Shown one piece after another: positions 25,263 to 32,000 of a stretch of DNA of 32,000 nucleotides. The notes under the pieces were generated by a model. It did no database searches. It saw only the letters and a list, made by a program, of their open reading frames with translations, and was not told the origin of the DNA. This stretch comes from Microcystis aeruginosa NIES-2549. GTDB lineage: Bacteria > Cyanobacteriota > Cyanobacteriia > Cyanobacteriales > Microcystaceae. Location of the stretch: contig NZ_CP011304.1 in NCBI RefSeq assembly GCF_000981785.2, positions 990,001 to 1,022,000 on the forward strand, written 5' to 3'. Positions within the stretch are counted from its first letter, which is position 1; the number at the start of each line of letters is the position of its first letter. Both the position numbers and the translations under genes were made by a program.

Positions 25263-25487
25263 GATCGCTCGATCGAATCGGTTGTCCTTTACACTTGTAA
25301 ACGAATTTGGTTAAACTGTCCGTGTATTATACTACATTAGAAAATTTTTCCTGCCAGTGAAGTCATCTGATATCAGCCAAGCACCAGCACTGACCAGTAT
25401 AAAGCAGCCCGATGATCATTGCTTGCCTAAGAGCCATTTCCGGGCTAAATCTGCTATAAAATTTATGGTTAAAACCTAGATAAATTG

Positions 25488-26381
25488 ATGACTACTCGTT
25501 TACGACGTGCGGTTCAAGACCGAGAATTTTTGATTACAGCCGAGATTACTCCCCCAAAGGGTGGTAATGCCAGTCATATGCTAGAAATGGCCCTCTGGCT
25601 AAAAAATCGCGTTCATGCGGCTAATATTACCGATGGCAGTCGCGCCGTAGTGCGAATGTCCTCTCTGGCTGCCTCCGCTATTCTCCATCAACACGACATT
25701 GAACCCATCTGTCAAATGGCCTGTCGCGATCGCAATGTGATCGGATTACAAGCAGATCTCATGGGCGCTCATGCTTTGGGATTGAGAAATATACTAGCTT
25801 TAACTGGAGATCCCGTCAAAGCAGGAGATCACCCCCAAGCTAGAGCAGTTTTTGACCTAGAATCGGTACGTTTGTTAAAATTAATCGATAAATTAAATAA
25901 AGGTTTTGACTTTAACGATAAATCTTTACCCGATGGACCCCTAGAACTTTTTGCCGGGGCTGCCGTCGATGTGCAGTCAAAAAGTTGGTCTGGTCTTCAA
26001 AGCCGTTTTGAGCGTAAAATCGAAGCAGGAGCGCAGTTTTTTCAAAGTCAATTAGTTACGGATTTCGATTGTCTTGATAAGTTCATGCAGCAGGTGGCCT
26101 CGCTGGCCGATAAACCGATTCTAGCCGGGATTTTTCTGTTAAAATCAGCTAAAAATGCCGTATTTTTAAATAAAAATGTGCCGGGGGTACAAATTCCTGA
26201 CCAGATTATTCAAAGACTCGCCGATGCAGCCCATCCCCTCGAAGAAGGCATCAAAATCGCCGCCGAACAAATAAAATTGGCCCAGCAGTTATGTCAAGGG
26301 GTCCACATCATGGCGATTAAACGAGAGGATTTAGTCCCGAAAATTCTCGATGTGGCTGGTATCCCGCCAATACATAACTGA
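25488..26381 (+). CDS. metF: Methylenetetrahydrofolate reductase
   Basis: FLITAEITPPKGGN...ANITDGSRAVVRMSSLAASAIL...CRDRN...ILALTGDP are MTHFR-family blocks. ATG 25488 lies immediately after the track's TTG 25485. Confidence 0.85.
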   Translation: MTTRLRRAVQDREFLITAEITPPKGGNASHMLEMALWLKNRVHAANITDGSRAVVRMSSLAASAILHQHDIEPICQMACRDRNVIGLQADLMGAHALGLRNILALTGDPVKAGDHPQARAVFDLESVRLLKLIDKLNKGFDFNDKSLPDGPLELFAGAAVDVQSKSWSGLQSRFERKIEAGAQFFQSQLVTDFDCLDKFMQQVASLADKPILAGIFLLKSAKNAVFLNKNVPGVQIPDQIIQRLADAAHPLEEGIKIAAEQIKLAQQLCQGVHIMAIKREDLVPKILDVAGIPPIHN

Positions 26382-26500
26382 GATTAAAAGTCAATAGTTT
26401 TTAGAAAAAATTAACTTTCATTTTGACTAGCGGTCTTTTGACAAGAATTCTACCCCTAACCTAGGATGGGAAGGCTGAAAGCATCTTCGGGATTAAAAGC

Positions 26501-26809
26501 ATGGATTCCAATCTAGGTCAAGAAAAAGAGAATAGTTGTGGTAATTCTGGGCGAAAATGGTTGTCGATCGGTATTGCCCCCACCGGTATAATTTCTATTG
26601 GTATTGTTCCCATGGGCGTTATTTCCATCGGTATTGTTCCTATGGGAGTAGTTTCCATTGGAACCGTGGCCATGGGGACAATTGCAACCGGTTTTGTGTC
26701 CATGGGACTTTTCAGTATTGGCAGCGTTGGCATGGGATTAAATAACGGCCATTTTTCCAATCTTAATTCTCCCCCGGCTGAATCTCCCCATAAACATCAT
26801 CAGCATTAA
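26501..26809 (+). CDS. Small hydrophobic decapeptide-repeat protein (Gly every 5 residues) with a His-rich C-terminal tail; family not recognised
   Basis: 102 aa. Residues about 24-83 are GIAPT GIISI GIVPM GVISI GIVPM GVVSI GTVAM GTIAT GFVSM GLFSI GSVGM GLNNG, that is five 30-nt units spanning 26585-26734 plus flanking half-units. The tail is SPHKHHQH. Units 1 and 2 differ mostly at synonymous positions. Confidence 0.55.
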   Translation: MDSNLGQEKENSCGNSGRKWLSIGIAPTGIISIGIVPMGVISIGIVPMGVVSIGTVAMGTIATGFVSMGLFSIGSVGMGLNNGHFSNLNSPPAESPHKHHQH

Positions 26810-26831
26810 AATCAAGATTTGACCAGCAATC

Positions 26832-27317
26832 ATGAATTATTCCATCCGTGCCGCCGTTGCTACCGATGTCAAGGCTATTTTTGACCTAATTGCTGCCTTA
26901 GCGGCCTATGAAAAACTTAGCCATTTAGTCACGGGAAATAGCCAAGCTTTAGGGGAGCATTTATTCGGGGAAAAACCCTACATCGAAGCATTGGTGGCGG
27001 AAGTAGGGGGTAGAATAGTCGGTTTTGCTCTATTTTTTGCTAACTATTCCACCTTTCTCACTAAACCGGGGATTTATCTGGAAGATATCTTCGTTTTACC
27101 CGATTATCGCGGTCAAGGTATCGGGAAAGCTTTACTAATGGCTGTGGCTAAAATTGCCGTCGCTAGGGATGCAGGACGTTTAGAATGGAGTGTCTTAGAT
27201 TGGAATCAACCGGCGATCGATTTTTATGAAAAAATGGGAGCTAGGGTCTTAAACGAGTGGCAAATTTGTCGCCTCACCGGGACTGCTTTAACCGAATTGG
27301 GTAATATCGATCAATAA
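26832..27317 (+). CDS. GNAT-family N-acetyltransferase (diamine/spermidine acetyltransferase-like)
   Basis: 161 aa. The acetyl-CoA-binding block is VLPDYRGQGIGKALL, and IDFYEKMGA is also present. Overall it resembles SSAT-type GNATs. Confidence 0.8.
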   Translation: MNYSIRAAVATDVKAIFDLIAALAAYEKLSHLVTGNSQALGEHLFGEKPYIEALVAEVGGRIVGFALFFANYSTFLTKPGIYLEDIFVLPDYRGQGIGKALLMAVAKIAVARDAGRLEWSVLDWNQPAIDFYEKMGARVLNEWQICRLTGTALTELGNIDQ

Positions 27318-27409
27318 TTCAGCCTCTTTCTCGATCCTAGAACTTTGTGATCGATCGAGACTCCTTGCTATACTATACCTCTGACACTGGCTTTCCTCAT
27401 TGGTGCAGA

Positions 27410-30070
27410 ATGCAACCCACAGACTCGAATAAATTTACCGAACAAGCTTGGGATTCAATCGTTAAATCGCAAGAAATTGCGCGACGCTTCAAAAATCAGA
27501 CCTTAGAAGTGGAACACGTTATTATTGCCCTCCTAGAGCAGAATAACGGTCTAGCCACCCGGATTTTACAAAAAGCTAATATAGAAATTCCCCGACTGCA
27601 ACAACAGCTAGAAGTCTTCACCAACCGACAGCCGAAAGTGGCCATGGTCGATCAATTATACCTAGGTCGTGGTCTGGATCTGCTGCTCGATCGAGCGGAA
27701 GCATCCAGGGAAAGTTGGCAAGATAAATTTATCTCCGTCGAACATCTTCTCGTCGGTTTTGCCGAAGATGAAAGGGTTGGCCGGAAATGTTTACGCACTT
27801 TCAATCTTGACCCCCAAGATTTAGAATTAGCCATCAAAGCGATTCGCGGTACTCAAAAGGTTACTGAACCCAATCAAGAGGAAAAATACGAAGCTTTAGA
27901 TAAATATGGCCGGGATTTAACAGCAGCGGCCAAAGAAGGCAAATTAGACCCGGTTATCGGTCGTGATGAAGAAATTAGACGGGTGGTACAAGTCCTCTCG
28001 CGACGGTCGAAAAATAACCCAGTTTTAATCGGTGAACCGGGGGTAGGAAAAACCGCTATCGCTGAAGGATTAGCCCAAAGGATTGTTAACGGAGATGTTC
28101 CCGAATCTTTGAAAAATCGTCAGTTAATTTCCCTCGATATGGGAAGTTTAATTGCTGGGGCAAAATATCGAGGCGAATTCGAGGAAAGATTGCGGTCAGT
28201 CATGAAAGAAGTGACCCAATCAGAAGGGCGAATTATTCTCTTTATCGATGAACTACATACTGTTGTCGGTGCGGGTTCTAGGGAAGGCGGATCGATGGAT
28301 GCGGGCAACCTATTAAAACCTATGTTAGCTCGGGGAGAATTGCGCTGTATTGGGGCGACAACTTTAGATGAATATCGCAATCATATTGAAAAAGACCCCG
28401 CTTTAGAAAGACGTTTTCAACAGGTTTATATTAAGGAACCTTCCGTGGAGGATACTATCTCAATTCTCCGGGGTTTAAAAGAACGTTATGAGGTGCATCA
28501 TGGGGTGACAATTACCGATTCAGCCCTAGTGGCAGCAGCTACCTTATCCCATCGTTATATTAGCGATCGTTTTTTACCGGATAAAGCGATCGATTTAGTT
28601 GATGAAGCGGCGGCAAAATTAGAGGTAGAAAGTACCACTAAACCCGCTGATTTGGAAATGATAGATCGTCGCTTAATGCAGTTACAGATGGAAAAATTCT
28701 CCTTAGAAAAAGAGGAGAAAAAAGATCGAGCTTTTCAAGATCGTTTAGAAAGAATTATCGAAGAAATTGAGGAATTAGAAAGTAAACAAAAGCCCCTCGC
28801 TGACCAATGGCAAACGGAAAAACATATCGCCGAGGAAATTAAATTATTGCGAGAGGAAGAAGAACAATTGCGCCTACAGGTGGAACAGGCGGAACGGGCT
28901 TATGATCTCAATAAAGCGGCCCAATTAAAGTATGGCAAACTAGAAATTTTACAAGGGGAATTAGAAGCAAAAGAAAAAGAACTAGAAACGATTCAAGTTG
29001 CCGGGGCAACCCTGTTAAGACAACAGGTAACTGATGCCGATATCGCCGAAATAGTCGCCCGTTGGACGGGAATTCCCGTCAATCGTTTAATGGAATCGGA
29101 ACGACAAAAATTATTAGAATTAGAGTCTCATTTACAAAAAAAAGTTGTCGGACAAAATGAAGCGGTCACGGCAGTAGCGGCGGCGATTCGACGCGCACGC
29201 GCGGGAATGAAAGATCCCTCCCGTCCGATTGGTTCATTCCTATTTATGGGACCCACGGGAGTGGGTAAAACCGAGTTAGCGCGGGCCTTGGCGGGGTTAC
29301 TGTTCGACTCCGAGGAAGCCATGGTTCGCATCGATATGTCGGAATACATGGAAAAACACGCGGTTTCGCGGTTAATCGGCGCTCCTCCCGGTTATGTGGG
29401 TTACGAGGAAGGGGGACAACTATCGGAAGCGGTGCGTCGTCGTCCCTATTCTGTGGTTTTATTGGATGAAGTGGAGAAGGCCCATCGGGATGTTTTTAAC
29501 ATTTTATTACAAGTGCTTGACGATGGGCGCATTACCGACTCTCAGGGGCGAGTGGTGGATTTTCGGAATACGATTATCGTCATGACCAGTAATATTGGCA
29601 GTGACCATATTTTAAATGTTTCCGAAGATGCCGATTATGAGGAGATGCGGAAACGGGTTTTAACAGCTTTGCGGAGTCATTTTCGTCCCGAATTTTTGAA
29701 TCGTATCGACGATTTAATTATTTTCCATACCCTGAAAAAAGAAGAATTGCGTTACATTGTTCGTCTGCAATTACAGCGTCTGGAAAGATTATTAGCAGAA
29801 CAAAAAATTAATCTAGAATTAACTGCGGCCGCAGAAGATCATATCGTTACTGTTGGTTACGATCCTACCTACGGTGCGCGACCTTTAAAACGCGCTATCC
29901 AACGAGAGTTAGAGAATCCTTTAGCCACAAAAATTCTCGAACAAGCTTTTATGGAAGGGGATACGGTGGTAATTGATTGTCTGGATGAGGTGTTAAGTTT
30001 TAGCAAAAAGGAGCTAAAAAAGGAAGGGACAACATTAGAATTAGCCGTGGTTAACCTCAGTTCGGATTAA
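27410..30070 (+). CDS. clpB: ATP-dependent disaggregase chaperone ClpB
   Basis: Clp_N repeats, two AAA+ modules ([15 protein letters not shown]; [15 protein letters not shown]), the long M-domain coiled coil between them, and RPLKRAIQ at the C-terminus. ATG 27410 ([15 protein letters not shown]) is the conserved ClpB N-terminus. The track's GTG 27347 extension is unlikely. Confidence 0.95.
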   Translation: MQPTDSNKFTEQAWDSIVKSQEIARRFKNQTLEVEHVIIALLEQNNGLATRILQKANIEIPRLQQQLEVFTNRQPKVAMVDQLYLGRGLDLLLDRAEASRESWQDKFISVEHLLVGFAEDERVGRKCLRTFNLDPQDLELAIKAIRGTQKVTEPNQEEKYEALDKYGRDLTAAAKEGKLDPVIGRDEEIRRVVQVLSRRSKNNPVLIGEPGVGKTAIAEGLAQRIVNGDVPESLKNRQLISLDMGSLIAGAKYRGEFEERLRSVMKEVTQSEGRIILFIDELHTVVGAGSREGGSMDAGNLLKPMLARGELRCIGATTLDEYRNHIEKDPALERRFQQVYIKEPSVEDTISILRGLKERYEVHHGVTITDSALVAAATLSHRYISDRFLPDKAIDLVDEAAAKLEVESTTKPADLEMIDRRLMQLQMEKFSLEKEEKKDRAFQDRLERIIEEIEELESKQKPLADQWQTEKHIAEEIKLLREEEEQLRLQVEQAERAYDLNKAAQLKYGKLEILQGELEAKEKELETIQVAGATLLRQQVTDADIAEIVARWTGIPVNRLMESERQKLLELESHLQKKVVGQNEAVTAVAAAIRRARAGMKDPSRPIGSFLFMGPTGVGKTELARALAGLLFDSEEAMVRIDMSEYMEKHAVSRLIGAPPGYVGYEEGGQLSEAVRRRPYSVVLLDEVEKAHRDVFNILLQVLDDGRITDSQGRVVDFRNTIIVMTSNIGSDHILNVSEDADYEEMRKRVLTALRSHFRPEFLNRIDDLIIFHTLKKEELRYIVRLQLQRLERLLAEQKINLELTAAAEDHIVTVGYDPTYGARPLKRAIQRELENPLATKILEQAFMEGDTVVIDCLDEVLSFSKKELKKEGTTLELAVVNLSSD

Positions 30071-30120
30071 AACCAGACAGAGGATATATTGCCCTTCTGA
30101 GTTTACCGTAAAAGCGAAAA

Positions 30121-30426
30121 ATGCCGGAAAAGAACCCTATTTTTTTGCTTAAACGAGAGGGAGATTAGCTGGCACTCGCGGCGGCTGGATTTCCCGAAGC
30201 TTATGGCAGACTTGTCACAGAAAGTCAAGAAGAGCCAAAATTTTCTCGTTGGTTCAATAAGAAAAAACACACCGCTAACACTTCGAGACGGGAAAAGTTC
30301 CCCGAGAAAGACTTTTTCCTGATCGAAAAATTAGCGGTAATTTGTTTTTATTTACAGAAGTTAATCGTAGTTATTGATAAATCTCTATATCACGATAAGG
30401 TCAAGAAGATTTATCAATTCAGCTAA
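30121..30426 (+). pseudogene. 101-codon reading frame interrupted by a single in-frame TAG (30166-30168); unknown family
   Basis: ATG 30121 gives MPEKNPIFLLKREGD, then TAG, then 85 further open codons (LALAAAGFPEAYGRLVTESQEEPKFSRWFNKKKH...KIYQFS) that contain no ATG/GTG/TTG. This explains its absence from the ORF track. Confidence 0.3.
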
Positions 30427-30429
30427 TTT

Positions 30430-31143
30430 CTAAGCACGAGTAGAGAGTTTTTTCATCCTAGAGGCTAACCCCAATCCGCCTAGTCCTAACAAGGCAACAG
30501 CGGAACCCGGTTCAGGAATATTAGTAGGGGGAGTAGGAGGAGTGTTTACTGTCCCGTTAACACTGAATTGAAAAGCTTTAAATGCAGGATCAACGGACCA
30601 AGTACCTCCTTGATTAATACTAAAAAGGGAACTATCACCAATCGACCAGCCAAGCTCTCCTCCTTGGTTAACAGAGTTAGTTCTAGCCCATCGATATTGC
30701 CCCCCACTGACGTTTGATGAAATCCCAGCAACTAACCAGTAAGTAGTATCAGCGGCTAATGTTTGCGGAGTAGGAGCGCTAAAGTTGTTATTAGCGGCAG
30801 TGCTAGTAATGGGACTAGGATTATTAAAAGTGGTTATCAGAGCACCGGTGTCTCCAGCGTCGTCTCGATGGAGGCGCACAAATAACGAGTTATTTGCAGT
30901 CAGTTCTCGGAACAAAAGAGTGACCGAGTTAAGAGTATAACCATAACTAATACTGCCAGTTTTAAAACTTGAACGCACCCATTGATTAAATGTTATATCG
31001 CTTCCAGTAGTCGGATCTGAGGTTATTGGAGGTAGGTTGCTAACGAGGGTGGTGGCAGAAGCTTGTTGTCCTAAGCCCAAGGAAAGAAGGAGAGCAAGGC
31101 TACCCCCCCCCATTTTCGCCAAAATTTGCTGGTTTTTGGTCAT
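30430..31143 (-). CDS. PEP-CTERM-anchored secreted protein
   Basis: N-terminal signal peptide (GGGSLALLLSLGLGQQASA). The C-terminal NIPEPGSAVALLGLGGLGLASRMKK is the PEP motif followed by a TM helix and a basic tail. The central domain is Thr/Ser/Asn-rich and not recognised. Confidence 0.8.
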   Translation of the reverse strand: MTKNQQILAKMGGGSLALLLSLGLGQQASATTLVSNLPPITSDPTTGSDITFNQWVRSSFKTGSISYGYTLNSVTLLFRELTANNSLFVRLHRDDAGDTGALITTFNNPSPITSTAANNNFSAPTPQTLAADTTYWLVAGISSNVSGGQYRWARTNSVNQGGELGWSIGDSSLFSINQGGTWSVDPAFKAFQFSVNGTVNTPPTPPTNIPEPGSAVALLGLGGLGLASRMKKLSTRA

Positions 31144-31440
31144 TTTTCAAACTCTAAGGTTAAAAAGGATAAAGTTGATCTCGATTGATGGTCTATCTTC
31201 TGAGGGCTGCCTCAGAAAATAATCCTCGCAATAACTTAGCACAGATTTCTAGCTTCCGGGAAGGTAAATCGGCAACATTTATACGCACTGATACAAGATT
31301 AATCACATATCTTGTCGCGCAGAGTATTGTGTCCATTCAACTAATTTCGGCTCTTCTAGAGCCATAATATATCATAACTACTCTAGAAGAACCCGCAATA
31401 TCAACTGATTTTGGTATATAATTGAGATTGTATTTAATCA

Positions 31441-32000
31441 TTATTCTTCACTTAAGTTAAAATCAATTCGTTGATAAATATCCAGCAATGAGATTTGAAA
31501 ATCCACAGAGTGAAACCTTAAAACATCATTCTCTGATTCAGATGCTTTAAACAACCATTCTCCATTATTTTGTTGATAAAATTGTTCCACATAATAACGG
31601 TATTGATCAATCAAAATATATTCCTTAAAGTCAGGAATTGAACGATAAAACTTAAACTTATCAGTGCGATCATAATCTCGAGTTGATTTCGATAAAACCT
31701 CGACAATGATTAACGCATTAGTTACAGTATTTGTGCCTTTTCCTTCATATAATGGTTTGCCTTTAATTACCATGACATCAGGATAAGTATAAAAGCGGTA
31801 TATTGGCATCCATAACCGTACATCACTCATGAAAGTCCAATAATCTTCATTATTAATCTTAGCTGGAAAATTTTTATAAAAATTACCAGCAATCAGATTA
31901 TGATTAGTAGTTGCTCCCGTCATAGGAATAATTTCTCCATCTAAATATTCATTTTTGTATTCTGCTGTTTCTTCTAGCTGACAATATTCTTCGGGTGTAT
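31441..32000 (-). CDS. Uma2-family (DUF820) PD-(D/E)XK endonuclease-like protein, N-terminus beyond the window end
   Basis: The frame stays open upstream of the track's ATG 31923 to the window edge. It reads TPEEYCQLEETAEYKNEYLDGEIIPMTGATTNHNLIAGNF, the typical Uma2 N-terminal region. PDVMVI and IIVEVLSKST follow, giving the D...E.K core. Confidence 0.75.
   Translation of the reverse strand, partial: TPEEYCQLEETAEYKNEYLDGEIIPMTGATTNHNLIAGNFYKNFPAKINNEDYWTFMSDVRLWMPIYRFYTYPDVMVIKGKPLYEGKGTNTVTNALIIVEVLSKSTRDYDRTDKFKFYRSIPDFKEYILIDQYRYYVEQFYQQNNGEWLFKASESENDVLRFHSVDFQISLLDIYQRIDFNLSEE

Noticed and set aside
25263-25487. A possible SAM/SAH/THF riboswitch in the 222-nt region upstream of metF.
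   Set aside because: I could not find the conserved cores of these riboswitch classes by eye. The region is also a divergent promoter spacer. A covariance-model scan (Rfam/Infernal) would be needed to exclude it definitively.
26570-26749. A 30-nt periodic repeat, considered as a possible CRISPR array.
   Set aside because: The units are contiguous with no spacers, degenerate and in frame within an ORF. No cas genes or leader are present.
26518-26760. An antisense 80-aa ORF (PMxTxPI repeats) and a +2-frame 62-aa ORF across the decapeptide-repeat region.
   Set aside because: Any in-frame 30-nt repeat stays open in several frames. The sense ORF is the longest, spans the whole repeat with an ATG and a defined tail, matches the strand of its neighbours, and its inter-unit differences are mostly synonymous in that frame.
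27347-27409. A 21-codon N-terminal extension of ClpB from GTG 27347.
   Set aside because: The conserved ClpB N-terminus begins at [14 protein letters not shown] (ATG 27410). The extension overlaps the candidate promoter and inverted repeat.
1-32000. A search for defence or mobile systems: cas genes, restriction-modification, retron/reverse transcriptase, CBASS, transposase or integrase, and phage genes.
   Set aside because: None of the translated ORFs shows the corresponding motifs. The only related items are the orphan higA, the higB and DUF433 remnants, and a partial Uma2-family gene at the right edge.

Overview
This window reads as ordinary cyanobacterial chromosome rather than an accessory island. 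The evidence is the overlapping psbD-psbC operon, five copies of the HIP1 palindrome GCGATCGC (4321, 7287, 13888, 23947, 25726), very frequent CGATCG sites and STRR-like heptamer arrays. Codon usage and AT-richness look Microcystis-like by eye, but I cannot verify that.

Recognisable genes:
- Photosystem II: psbD and psbC.
- Housekeeping: clpB, pyrB, apt, metF, cobD, HU, ureE, speH and a lipoate-ligase-family gene.
- Regulators: a NarL-type response regulator and a TetR regulator.
- Envelope and polysaccharide genes: a PEP-synthase-like gene (truncated at the left edge, absent from the ORF track), an ExoV-type pyruvyl transferase, a DxD glycosyltransferase, an RmlD-like reductase, an L,D-transpeptidase, a DUF2064 transferase, an SGNH hydrolase and a PEP-CTERM protein.
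- Transport: an RND-type membrane-fusion adaptor with no pump, and a lone ABC permease.
- Several cyanobacteria-restricted hypothetical genes.

I see no CRISPR array, transposase, prophage, tRNA/rRNA gene or recognisable defence operon. I cannot honestly nominate a clear new multi-gene system.

The most unusual items:
1. A small Gly-every-5-residues decapeptide-repeat membrane protein with a His-rich tail (26501-26809).
2. An orphan higA whose higB has decayed to a VVDYH-stop stub next to a 12-unit heptamer array (21653-22167).
3. A tightly coupled pair of cyanobacteria-specific unknown genes (20396-21678).
4. A pump-less efflux adaptor coupled to a ureidoglycolate-lyase-fold protein (15340-17297).
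5. Two unannotated translationally coupled micro-ORFs (17310-17462, 24382-24537).
6. Two ORFs each broken by a single in-frame TAG (4864, 30166).

All family assignments come from motif recognition by eye and need HMM or BLAST confirmation.
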